Part shown: positions 15,907 through 25,524 of the stretch, one piece after another | How the letters are laid out: every line of letters starts with the position of its first letter | How positions within the stretch are numbered: the first letter of the stretch is position 1 | Assembly: GCA_965223265.1 (NCBI GenBank) | Contig: OZ244999.1 | Location: 1,664,001-1,728,000 of the forward strand | DNA length: 64,000 nucleotides | Direction of reading: 5' to 3' | Origin: Planctomycetota bacterium | GTDB taxonomy: Bacteria; Planctomycetota; UBA8108; SXIK01 | Position numbers and translations under genes: made by a program | The notes under the pieces: model-generated | Databases searched by the model: none | What the model saw: the letters and a program-made list of their open reading frames with translations, nothing else | Told to the model about the DNA's origin: nothing

Positions 15907-18726
15907 CTATCGAATCGTGATGAAGTCGTTGTGGTTGAGGAGAACGTGAACCAGGTTTTCTCGGGCGCGCTGCAGCGCGGCATCGGACGTCGCCGTGTCC
16001 GCGTTTGCTGCCGTCTCAAACTGTCGCAGCGCCGTCCTACAGTCCGCATGTTCGTCCGCCGTGGGCAGTCGACCGATGATACGCTCGAAGGCGGAGGCGA
16101 TGAACGCCGCCGTAGCGGCTGGCGTATCGGCGCCAACAACCTCGCGTGTGATCTCTGCTGCGAGCTTGCGTGCCCGCGCGAGCACCATCTTACTGTTGCT
16201 CATCGCGAGTGCCTGTTGTGGCACAACGCTGTCGCGACGACGATAGCACTCTTCCACGTTCGGTGCATCAAACATCGTGAGAAACTTGATTTGGTCCTCG
16301 CGCGTGTAGCGGTAATAGATCGTCCGCCGCGTGCCTTCATCACCGGCTGCGATCGGCAAATCAGCGCCACCCATCGTGGTGTCGAGTTCGCCAGCGAGAT
16401 AGATCAACGTGTCGCGAACAGATTCCGCTTCCATACGGCGCGGATTCATGCGCCAAAAGAGGCGGTTGTCCGGATCGAGGCTTAAGTTCGGATCCTCGCT
16501 ACCTGATGTCCTCGACTGCATTTGATACGCCTGCGACGTCATGATCAGTCGGTGCAGCGTCTTCGTGCTCCAGCCGCTCTCCATGAACTCGACGGCGAGC
16601 CAGTCGAGGAGCTCGTGGTGGGGCGGGCGCGGAGTGCGCAGGCCAAAGTCGAACATGGAGCTGACCAGCGGGGCGCCAAAGTGGCGCGTCCAAACGTGGT
16701 TGACCGCAACGCGAGCGGTTAGCGGGTTCTTCGGGTTCGCGATCCAGTGCGCCAGGGCCGTACGCCGACCTGTCGTCTGTGTCGGGTAGACGTTGCCCGC
16801 AGGCGAGTACTCGACTCCTGGGGCCTCAGCTGCTGCCTGAGCGGTCTGCATCGCTTCGCGTGCTTCGGTCAGTCGCTTCTCCGCCGCAGCGATCGCTGCG
16901 GCTTGCGTCGTCGATGACTCTCGGGGCGCGGGCGTCGATCGTGCGGACTCAAGTGCGTGTTCGGCCAAGAGCAATTCGAGTTCCGCCTTCACGCTCTTTG
17001 CTTGTCGTTCAAGCACACTTGCCTGCGTCGCAAGATCCGATAGTTTGGCCGTCGCCGGTGCGTCGTCACCGAGGAACTTCGCCACGTCCGACGCGATGCG
17101 CGCTTTGAGCGAAGCTGTTTCAGCCTTCGCCAGCTCCGTTTTTTTCTCTGCCGCAGCCAACGCGCGCTGAGCGGCGGCAAGCGACGCCTGAGATTCCGCT
17201 TTCGACTTTGGCGCGTCGCTACGATTGTCCCCAGCTGTCGCCGCGTTCACCGTCTGCGGTGCGCCGGTTGCCTTTGCTCCGTCGCCTCCTTCCTTGGACG
17301 CCGCAGCCACGAGCTCTTCAACTTCGGCGCTGGCGATCTCGACCGCGGCCCTCTGCGCCGCGACTTCCTCGATAGCCTTTTCGATGGCTGCTTCCGCTGC
17401 CGCGATCGCGCCGCGGCGGGTGACGCCCCGCAGTTCAGGGTAGTAGGCTGCAACCGGCAGCTGGTGCGCCACAATCGGGCCGATCGTCCCGACGACGGCG
17501 GGTACACCTGGCTTGTGCGCGCGGGTCTTGTCAGGCCGTGTCTCTTCGCCGCGGACGAAAAGATACGTCTCGGCCTCCAGGTCAGCGTCATAGACCCGTG
17601 GCATGCCATCCTTCTCGAGATCCATTTCGCTGCCGACGTGGTCGAGTCTGACGCGATGCGGTTCGAAGAAAGCGCGGAAGCGGTAGTAGTCCTCATGCGC
17701 TATGGGGTCGTACTTGTGCTCGTGGCAGCGCACGCAATTCATCGTGATGCCGAGGAACCCCTTGGCTGTGTGTTCGACGACGTCGTCGAGCCAGTAATTG
17801 CGGTTATAGAGGTACCAATTGCGCGCCAAGAAGCCGGTAGCGCGAACAGTTTTTGCATCGCCAGGAGCGATCTCGTCCCCGGCAAGCATCTCGACGATCA
17901 TCCTGTCGTAGCCTTTGTCCTCGTTGATCGACTCGACGATCCAGTCGCGCCACCGCCAGATATGCTTCTGGCTGTGGCGCATCTTGTTCACCAGTCCGAA
18001 CCAATCGCTGTAACGCCACACGTCCATCCAGTGACGCCCCCACCGTTCGCCGTATCGCGGGCTGGCGAGTAGACGGTCGACAACGGTTTCGTAGGCCTGA
18101 TCTGTGGCGTCAGCACGAAAGGCGTGGAGCTCGTCGCGCGTTGGCGTGAGTCCGACGAGATCGAAGTACACGCGCCGGAGTAAGGTTTCTCGGCTTGCTT
18201 CTGGGCGCGGCACGACCCCGCGCCGTTGACGCTCCGCGTCGAGGAATGCATCGATGGGGTGCGCCGCTGGGGAGGTTTTCGACTGCGGCGGGTTCGTGCG
18301 CTGTGGAAGTTGGTAGGCCCAGTGGAGTCGTGGGTCCGGCGGCACTTCTTCATCCTCGGCCTTTGCCCCCTGGTCGATCCATGCGGTGATCAGCGCGATC
18401 TCTTTGTCGTCAAGGGGGCGCCCCTCGTCTTCGGGCGGCATGAGTAGGACGTCGCCGTCGCCCCGAATCGCTTGGACAAGAAGGCTCTCCGAGCCCTTTC
18501 CCGGTACGACCGCGGCGCCTTGATCGCCGCCCGCCCGTAGTAGCTGGACCGCGTCGAGACGAAGGCCTGAGCGTTGCCGCAGTGCGCCGTGGCAACCGAA
18601 GCAGCGCTCCGCCAAGATCGGCTTGATCTGCTGCACGTAGTCGACAGGCTCGTCGCCGCTGAGCTCGGTCGCACCGGAGAGCCAGAGTAAGAGCGAACCT
18701 AAGAGATAAGGATGCGTGAATCTCAT
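15907..18726 (-). CDS. Planctomycete cytochrome c + DUF1549 + DUF1553 protein
   Basis: CFGCHG, HWAY, YGERWGRHWMD, CVRCHEHKYDP, NPLTARVAVNHVW, LLDWLA, PQQAL; long Ala-rich coiled-coil insert. Confidence 0.93.
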   Translation of the reverse strand: MRFTHPYLLGSLLLWLSGATELSGDEPVDYVQQIKPILAERCFGCHGALRQRSGLRLDAVQLLRAGGDQGAAVVPGKGSESLLVQAIRGDGDVLLMPPEDEGRPLDDKEIALITAWIDQGAKAEDEEVPPDPRLHWAYQLPQRTNPPQSKTSPAAHPIDAFLDAERQRRGVVPRPEASRETLLRRVYFDLVGLTPTRDELHAFRADATDQAYETVVDRLLASPRYGERWGRHWMDVWRYSDWFGLVNKMRHSQKHIWRWRDWIVESINEDKGYDRMIVEMLAGDEIAPGDAKTVRATGFLARNWYLYNRNYWLDDVVEHTAKGFLGITMNCVRCHEHKYDPIAHEDYYRFRAFFEPHRVRLDHVGSEMDLEKDGMPRVYDADLEAETYLFVRGEETRPDKTRAHKPGVPAVVGTIGPIVAHQLPVAAYYPELRGVTRRGAIAAAEAAIEKAIEEVAAQRAAVEIASAEVEELVAAASKEGGDGAKATGAPQTVNAATAGDNRSDAPKSKAESQASLAAAQRALAAAEKKTELAKAETASLKARIASDVAKFLGDDAPATAKLSDLATQASVLERQAKSVKAELELLLAEHALESARSTPAPRESSTTQAAAIAAAEKRLTEAREAMQTAQAAAEAPGVEYSPAGNVYPTQTTGRRTALAHWIANPKNPLTARVAVNHVWTRHFGAPLVSSMFDFGLRTPRPPHHELLDWLAVEFMESGWSTKTLHRLIMTSQAYQMQSRTSGSEDPNLSLDPDNRLFWRMNPRRMEAESVRDTLIYLAGELDTTMGGADLPIAAGDEGTRRTIYYRYTREDQIKFLTMFDAPNVEECYRRRDSVVPQQALAMSNSKMVLARARKLAAEITREVVGADTPAATAAFIASAFERIIGRLPTADEHADCRTALRQFETAANADTATSDAALQRARENLVHVLLNHNDFITIR

Positions 18727-18870
18727 CGTCTCGCTTGCATCGGGGGTGAGATCCTACAGGATCTCAAAAAGGCTACTCTAGCCCATCGAGCTGCACGTCG
18801 TCAAATGGTCGGGTCGGAGTTGCCAAGTGCGGCATGAGCACATTTCGACGATGACGGATTCAACGGGCCA

Positions 18871-20172
18871 TCAAGGCCGCCGAAACGACGGGTCGCCGCG
18901 GGTGGGCAGCAGTGGATTGGGCGCGTGCGGGTAGTCGACCGGCGTGTACCGAATCGCCAGTTCGGGGGTCTCGATCTTCCTGCCCCCCTCGTGGAGGGAG
19001 GTGAGCAGGCGGTCGAGCGCGCCGCCGGTCAAAAGGGTTCGTTCGGCGGGGTAGGTTGGTCTGCCGGTATGAAACATGCGCTCGATCGCATGGAGAAGAT
19101 AGCAAAAATGCGGCACACGAGGCTGCAAGTACTCCATGCCGCGAGTGACGCGCTTTTCCCCACCCTTGAGCCGCAGCGCGACGGACGACCCCCGGGCGAA
19201 GCTACCCTGCATGAGCACGGCGCCGCGTAGTCCGTCGTTGTACTCGAAAAGAAACAACGCGACCCACTCGTGGTCGTTTTCTCGCGCCTTCTCGGGGTCA
19301 TGAGGCGATGCCGCCTTCAGCGCCATTTGAATCAGATCCTTCGAGACGCGGCCGGCGTCGATCGCTTTCCACATCTCCTCATATCCAAGACACTGCACCC
19401 ACTTGATCCCGGTTTCCCCGCCGCGACGGCGTTCCACCAGGGACTGGAGCAGCTCGAGCATGTGAATCCCATACCTGTCGAGTGCCGCGTAGCCGACGCC
19501 GACGACCTCCTCAATCTCGCAGTCGCGCGGTAGCGTCAGGTCGGGGACGCGAAAGCTCAAGGGAAGTGACGAGCCGGCCATGAGCGGGACGTTGAGCTCG
19601 CGAGCGCGCTCATACATCCAGATCGCATCCTCCCATTCAGGGCCTAGGTGTTTGTCGTTGAACACCGGTACGACGCGCCCGTGCTCCTCGAACGTCTCAG
19701 CGATTTCTGCCAGGAAGCGGCGGCGCGGGTAGAGATCCTGTCCTTTCTCGTTCATTGGGTAGCGCCCGTGCTCGCCGATGCTGAGCACTCCGTCGACCGG
19801 GATGCCGCGCGTGCCGACGGTGATCGCGTCCTTGATGGAGTCAAAGATCGGCACTCCATGCTTTTCAGCCATGCGTCGCGCGATGTCGTTCGGTGGAAAC
19901 TGCTCAACGTACATAGAGCTGAGTGCGAGATGCGGACCCGCGCCGCCGTCTTGGTCCCAGCCTTCAAGGATCTTGCCGACGAGGACGTCGGCGTGCGAGC
20001 CTGGATAGTAGACGGTGCAGATCGCGGCGACTTTCTTCTTTTCGCGCGCCGGTGTGTAAGCGAGCCAAGACGGCTGCTGTGGTGTGGTACGGCAACTCGG
20101 CACGACGGCGAGCGACGCAGCACCGGCGATGAGCCGCAGCGATTCACGCCGGGTCATGAGCGAACGTTTCAA
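18871..20172 (-). CDS. Tat-exported conserved protein with an oxidoreductase (Gfo/Idh/MocA)-like fold
   Basis: TRRESL Tat-like motif and a possible lipobox (VPSC). Motifs [33 protein letters not shown]. Start is TTG 20172 or ATG 20157. Confidence 0.65.
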   Translation of the reverse strand: MKRSLMTRRESLRLIAGAASLAVVPSCRTTPQQPSWLAYTPAREKKKVAAICTVYYPGSHADVLVGKILEGWDQDGGAGPHLALSSMYVEQFPPNDIARRMAEKHGVPIFDSIKDAITVGTRGIPVDGVLSIGEHGRYPMNEKGQDLYPRRRFLAEIAETFEEHGRVVPVFNDKHLGPEWEDAIWMYERARELNVPLMAGSSLPLSFRVPDLTLPRDCEIEEVVGVGYAALDRYGIHMLELLQSLVERRRGGETGIKWVQCLGYEEMWKAIDAGRVSKDLIQMALKAASPHDPEKARENDHEWVALFLFEYNDGLRGAVLMQGSFARGSSVALRLKGGEKRVTRGMEYLQPRVPHFCYLLHAIERMFHTGRPTYPAERTLLTGGALDRLLTSLHEGGRKIETPELAIRYTPVDYPHAPNPLLPTRGDPSFRRP

Positions 20173-20615
20173 ATCTTAATCCTTCCACACTATCGAGCGA
20201 ATGCGCACACGCAGCGACCGGCGCGCTGCTTCCGAGACGCACCATACTGGGACGTGCGACGGAAATGAACGGTACACTTTCGCGTTCACATCGCCGCCGA
20301 GTTTTCGCAGCGCATTCCGGCGGATGGCGACGATGATGTGCCCTGTATCTAAAGGTCTTCACCCACACGATGGCGCCGAAAGAGGGGAGATGTTCGGCTG
20401 TCGCACCCGATCAGCCGTCCCTGTCACTCCCAACTCCGGCCCAACAAAGATCGTTGTGGAGCGCCGCTCCTTCGCTCCCACTCCGGATGTGCGTCGGAAC
20501 TCCCTTCCTTGACAGATTCGACTGCTGGCAGGCATCCTAAGGATGGGGTTCTGGCGAACGGCGCCGGAGACCGTGACGACTGTTCGCCCCAGGCCGTGTC
20601 TCACCCGATCTTCTT

Positions 20616-22307
20616 TTGCCACGATTTCCGATGAACAACATGTTTTCTTGTCTCATTCCTGTGCGCGTCCAAATCTACGTCGACCTCGCTTCTCACTGCG
20701 CCAGAAGGTCCCGGAACTCCCGAGTCTCTGTGGCGGTGCTCGTTGCGGTGTTTCTGGGCTTCGGTAGTTTCGCCTCAGCTCATGACGAGCCGAGAGCGCC
20801 TTACCCGGAGAAGGAAGCGCACCGTCCGACGCCTATTCCTGATCGCATCGTCTTGACGTTCGCGGCAGACCCGAGCACGACGCAGTCGGTCACTTGGCGA
20901 ACAGACACATCGATTACCGAAGCAGTAGCCGAAATCGGTGTGACCTCTGAGGGGCCGCAAAAGGCTGAGAGAACCGTCTCAGCGACGACGACGATGCTTG
21001 AGTCAGACCTCGGGCCTGCGCACTACCATACCGTCCACTTCGATGGACTCCGGCCGCAAACTACATATTCATATCGAGTCGGCGACAACGTCGATTGGAG
21101 CGAGTGGTTTCAGTTCCGTACCGCGAGTGCGGAAGCGCGTCCGTTTCGGTTCGTCTACTTCGGTGACGCGCAAAACAGCGTCAAGATGCACTGGTCACGC
21201 GTCTTTCGCGAAGCGTTTCGTGAAGCACCGCGAGCCGCGTTTACCCTCCATGCAGGCGATCTGATCAATCGTGCCAACCGCGACGCCGAGTGGGGTGAGT
21301 GGTTTCACGCGCCGGCTTGGGTGCACGCGACGGTGCCAGTCGTTGCGACGCCCGGCAACCACGAGTACGCCAGGATTGGTGCTGGGCCACGTGAAGAGCG
21401 CCATTGGCATCACCAGAATGGTCATGAGCTATTCGTCCGCATCGTCCAAGAGATTCCGGTCAAGGGTTCAGGTGGAATCGATGTCGGGCTGAAGAGGATC
21501 GAGGCCGAGGCGGAGGGTACGAAGGTCGTGTACACCGTCGACGCAGCTGGCCGTTTGATCGCGGCGGATGACGCATTCGCTGAAGTGACCGGGTACCCCG
21601 TCACTGAGGCGCGCGGCAAAGTCGTCCGCGAGCTTTTCGGCGATCACCAAGCTGAGCCCGGTATCCGGGTGCTGTCGAATCACTGGCGTCCCCAGTTCGC
21701 GTTTCCAATGAACGGTCCCGAAGGGCTTGAAGAGACGTGCTTTTACCTCGACTATCAGGACGTTCGTATCGTCTCGCTCAACTCGAACGAGCAGGAGGAG
21801 CGGCAAGTCGATTGGCTGCTCCGAGTGCTAAGCGACAACCCCCAGCGCTGGACGATTCTGACGTTCCACCATCCGATCTTTTCTGCCGCCGGAGACCGCG
21901 ATAACCCGGAGCTCAGAGCGCTGTGGCGGCCGCTGATCGAGGGTTTTCGCGTCGACCTCGTCCTCCAGGGCCACGATCACACGTACGCCCGCAGCGGTTT
22001 TACAAACCTGCCGACAGGACTCAACAAGCAGGATGTGGCGAGCGGCACCGTATACGTCGTCTCGGTGAGTGGGCCGAAGATGTATTCGCTCACACGTGAG
22101 CCTTGGATGGCGCGCGCGGCTGAGGACACGCAGCTTTTCCAAGTGATCACCGTTGATGGAGACGAGCTGCACTATGAGGCGCGTACAACGACCGGCCGTC
22201 TCTACGACGCGTTCACGCTGGCGAAGCGAACTGGTCTCCCGAACGAACTCCGTGAGGCGCTACCCGCTGAGCGTCTGCGGCCACCGCCCGCCCCGGCATC
22301 GAAGTAA
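20616..22307 (+). CDS. Purple acid phosphatase-like metallophosphoesterase with an N-terminal FN3-like domain and an internal insert
   Basis: Motifs FGDAQ, HAGDL, PGNHEY, FHHP, GHDHTY. True start probably lies downstream of 20616. Confidence 0.88.
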   Translation: MPRFPMNNMFSCLIPVRVQIYVDLASHCARRSRNSRVSVAVLVAVFLGFGSFASAHDEPRAPYPEKEAHRPTPIPDRIVLTFAADPSTTQSVTWRTDTSITEAVAEIGVTSEGPQKAERTVSATTTMLESDLGPAHYHTVHFDGLRPQTTYSYRVGDNVDWSEWFQFRTASAEARPFRFVYFGDAQNSVKMHWSRVFREAFREAPRAAFTLHAGDLINRANRDAEWGEWFHAPAWVHATVPVVATPGNHEYARIGAGPREERHWHHQNGHELFVRIVQEIPVKGSGGIDVGLKRIEAEAEGTKVVYTVDAAGRLIAADDAFAEVTGYPVTEARGKVVRELFGDHQAEPGIRVLSNHWRPQFAFPMNGPEGLEETCFYLDYQDVRIVSLNSNEQEERQVDWLLRVLSDNPQRWTILTFHHPIFSAAGDRDNPELRALWRPLIEGFRVDLVLQGHDHTYARSGFTNLPTGLNKQDVASGTVYVVSVSGPKMYSLTREPWMARAAEDTQLFQVITVDGDELHYEARTTTGRLYDAFTLAKRTGLPNELREALPAERLRPPPAPASK

Positions 22308-22361
22308 GGCGACGCGGTGGCGCGGGCGAGCGCTCTGGCGCATGCAAAGAGGCGCTGGCGT

Positions 22362-23753
22362 TCACTTGCGTCGCTGGCCGTGCCTTCCTGGCTTCCACCT
22401 CGCACCGCCGGTGTAGACTTTTCCGACCGGATAGCGCGGGCTCGGCGTAGCCGCTGTCTGCATGATGCGCTCGATCTGGCGCACGACTTCCGGCTCGCTC
22501 GCAGCGACGTCCTTGGTCTCGCCGACGTCGTGGCTTAGGTGGTAGAGTTCGACCTTGCTGTCACGGCCGCGCCGCACACCTTTCCAACTTCCAAGTCGCA
22601 CAGCTTGGTCGTAGCGGCTGCGACAGTGGCCGTAGTCCCAGTAGAGGTATTCGTGCGGATTAGCGATTTTTTCACCTTCGAGCGCAGCGACGATAGAGAT
22701 TCCATCGGTACCATCCGGCACGGCGGCGCCGGCGAGCTCGGCAAACGACGGCAGGATGTCCCAGAAAGCGATCACCTCGTCGCTGGTCTTCCCGGACGGT
22801 ATGCGGCCTGGCCAGCGGGCGATGAAAGGCACCCGGATGCCGCCTTCGTAGAGCTCTCTCTTAACTCCACGCAAGGGGCCACCACTGTCGAAGCGCTTCG
22901 GCGCACCGCCGTAGGGGCCGTTATCGCTCGTAAAGATGATCAACGTTTTCTTTGTGAGCCTCAGCTCATCGATCAGCTCAACGATGCGACCAACGTCTCG
23001 GTCAAGCATCGACATCATCGCGGCGAAGTTTTTTTCTTTTTGCGACCAGTCCTTGTCTGTATAGGGAGCGTCCGACGGCACGGTAAACCGTGTCGGGTCT
23101 TCTTTGGCGGATGAAAAGTGCGGCAGGGTGTAGGCGCCGTAGAAAAAGAACGGTTCATCCTTCGACTCGCGAATGAATCGGAGCGCGCGCTCGGTCATCA
23201 GATCATGACTGTAGTGCTGCCGCGAATCCGTGTTACCTTTCAGTTCGAGGCGAGCGTCGTTATCGTCAAGGTATTCTGTGTAGTAGTAGTGCGCGTGGTC
23301 CTGGTTGAGGTAGCCGAACCACATGTCGAATCCCTGCTTTGTCGCACGTCCCACGGTGCCGGCGTCGCCGAGAGACCACTTGCCGATCCCACCGGTTCGG
23401 TAGCCAACGCTCTTGAGCACTTCGGCGACGGTGACGTCGTCGTCCTGCAAGTACGTATCGTAGTGCGGGACGTTATCGCGCACAGCCGCGTGGCCGTTGT
23501 GCCGTCCTGTCATGACGATAGCTCGCGTGGGCGCGCAAACCGAGCTGCCCGCATAGGCCTGCGTGAAGCGTATCCCTTGGGCGGCTAAGCGGTCGATGTT
23601 CGGCGTTGCGATGATCCTCTGGCCGTAACAGCCGAGATCGCCGTAGCCGAGGTCGTCGGCCATGATGAAGACGATGTTCGGTTTGTCTGCCGCCGACAGC
23701 TGAGTCAATGCGAGCAGCAACAGAAAGAGCAAGGTGAAGGAAAACGTTTTCAT
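22362..23753 (-). CDS. Arylsulfatase (formylglycine type), exported
   Basis: Signal peptide MKTFSFTLLFLLLL; PNIVFIMADDLGYGD, CAPTRAIVMTGR, SDNG, YEGGIRVP. Confidence 0.93.
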   Translation of the reverse strand: MKTFSFTLLFLLLLALTQLSAADKPNIVFIMADDLGYGDLGCYGQRIIATPNIDRLAAQGIRFTQAYAGSSVCAPTRAIVMTGRHNGHAAVRDNVPHYDTYLQDDDVTVAEVLKSVGYRTGGIGKWSLGDAGTVGRATKQGFDMWFGYLNQDHAHYYYTEYLDDNDARLELKGNTDSRQHYSHDLMTERALRFIRESKDEPFFFYGAYTLPHFSSAKEDPTRFTVPSDAPYTDKDWSQKEKNFAAMMSMLDRDVGRIVELIDELRLTKKTLIIFTSDNGPYGGAPKRFDSGGPLRGVKRELYEGGIRVPFIARWPGRIPSGKTSDEVIAFWDILPSFAELAGAAVPDGTDGISIVAALEGEKIANPHEYLYWDYGHCRSRYDQAVRLGSWKGVRRGRDSKVELYHLSHDVGETKDVAASEPEVVRQIERIMQTAATPSPRYPVGKVYTGGARWKPGRHGQRRK

Positions 23754-23866
23754 CGACGTCGCTTTCAAACCGGGCTGCGGTCGACGGCCGCTGACGCTTT
23801 GGAGGCAGCAAACGGCAACGGAGGATCGTTCCGCGCTCAGCGCTATACAGCTGAATCAACGGGGTG

Positions 23867-25288
23867 CTAAGTGTAGATACCCTCGATCGGCTCGCCCATA
23901 TAGATTTGATGCGGCCTTCCGTCGACGTCGACCCAGGTCGCCGTGCGCGGGATTCCCAGCGCGTCATAGATCGTAGCGGCGAAGTTTTCGGGCGTCTGCA
24001 CGTCACGTGTTGGTTCCGCGCCGATCTGATCGGAGGCGCCGACGATGTTGCCGCCGCGTACGCCGCCACCGAAGAACATCATCGTATTCACCGGTCCCCA
24101 GTGATCACGTCCAGCATCCTTGTTGATCTTCGGCGTACGTCCGAACTCACCGGTGACGATCACGAGCGTCTCGTCCATGAGCCCTGTGGTCTCGAGATCG
24201 TCGATGAGTGCCGAAATCGAGCGGTCGAAAGGCGGCAACAGGTGGTTTTTCAAGCTGCCGAAGTTGTTGCGGTGCGTGTCCCAGGAGGAGTTCTTACCGA
24301 GGTTGACTTGAACCAGGTTGACTCCACTTTCGACCAAGCGCTTGGCCATGAGGAGAGACAGCCCGAACTTGTTGGCGCCGTAGCGCTCAAGGATCTTCGG
24401 GTCGGCGTTTTCGACGTCGAATGCCCGAGTGACTTTCTCGTCCGTGAGCACGGAAATCGCTTGTCGCCTTTGGCCGTCAAACGCGTCCGCCGCTCGCTGG
24501 AGCGCGTCTTGTTGACTTTGAACCTCTGCGAGCAGCCCCAGACGACCCTTCAGTCGACTCTGCCCTCCCTCGGGGAGAGTCAGCATGGGGGTTTCGAAGA
24601 CCGTGTCGGAGGCGTGTTCGAAAGGCGTACCTTCGAACCGAAAACATTCAGGACAGGCACCGTTACCTTTCGGGCACTTCGCGGCGATGTCAACGTGCCA
24701 CGCGTCCCAGTGGCTTCCCAGGCGCCCAGCGTACTGTCCCGGGCGTACCTTGTTGGCTTCGTTGACGCTTGGCTGCGGCAGTACAACCGCGGGCGGCAGA
24801 TTGCCGCGCTGGTGACGGAGGGCGTAGGTGGTCACCGCGGGAATCGATGGCCACTCGTTCGGACTCGGCACCTTGTTGAGTGAGAACCCCGGCGGCAGAT
24901 CGAGCCGGCCCGTCAGGAGCATGTGGCAGGCGGGCTCGTGGCCGTTACTTGCGGTGCGCATCGAGCGAACGAGCGCGTAACGATCGCTGCGCTGTGCAAG
25001 CAGCGGCAGGTGTTCACAGACACGGAGACCCGCGGTGCGCGATGGAATCGAGCCAAACTCACCGCGGATTTCAGACGGTGCATCGGGCTTCATGTCGAAG
25101 CTGTCGTGGTGCGACAGGCCGCCGGTCAGAAAAACAAAGATGACGGATTTAGCTTTTGCTGGAGGGGCTCCCGCGAGTGCTCGCAGCGCCGCGACGTGAG
25201 TTGTCGTCAGCCCCAGGCCGATGGCACCTACTTGGATCGCTGCCCGTCTGGTGATGGTTCGCTTTGGGTGGCTGCCAGCGTCGCTCAT
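23867..25288 (-). CDS. DUF1501 protein (Tat signal)
   Basis: TRRAAI, FLTGGLSHHDSFDMKP, AKRLVESGV, WDTH, GEFGRTP, GRDHW. Confidence 0.92.
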   Translation of the reverse strand: MSDAGSHPKRTITRRAAIQVGAIGLGLTTTHVAALRALAGAPPAKAKSVIFVFLTGGLSHHDSFDMKPDAPSEIRGEFGSIPSRTAGLRVCEHLPLLAQRSDRYALVRSMRTASNGHEPACHMLLTGRLDLPPGFSLNKVPSPNEWPSIPAVTTYALRHQRGNLPPAVVLPQPSVNEANKVRPGQYAGRLGSHWDAWHVDIAAKCPKGNGACPECFRFEGTPFEHASDTVFETPMLTLPEGGQSRLKGRLGLLAEVQSQQDALQRAADAFDGQRRQAISVLTDEKVTRAFDVENADPKILERYGANKFGLSLLMAKRLVESGVNLVQVNLGKNSSWDTHRNNFGSLKNHLLPPFDRSISALIDDLETTGLMDETLVIVTGEFGRTPKINKDAGRDHWGPVNTMMFFGGGVRGGNIVGASDQIGAEPTRDVQTPENFAATIYDALGIPRTATWVDVDGRPHQIYMGEPIEGIYT

Positions 25289-25524
25289 GCGCTACATCCT
25301 TGTTGTGAGTGCAGCAGAGGATTCGTCGACGATGTCACGGCTCGCGACGAAGTAGAGACCAGGAAGAAATTCTAACGTACTCACAGAGTTGTCGTAAAGC
25401 CGAGAACGATGATCTCTAAGGCCGATCTGGGCCCGATCGGTGCGCGCAGCCTGGTGCGCCTGATCGTCTGGAGTGCAGCTGGGCGCTTTGGCATGAGCGG
25501 CCCTGGCCGAGGGCTTCGAGCATC

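Noticed and set aside
20509-20538. Sigma70 promoter (TTGACA-18-CATCCT)
   Set aside because: The -35 box is perfect but the -10 box is weak, so it is not supportable without transcription start data.
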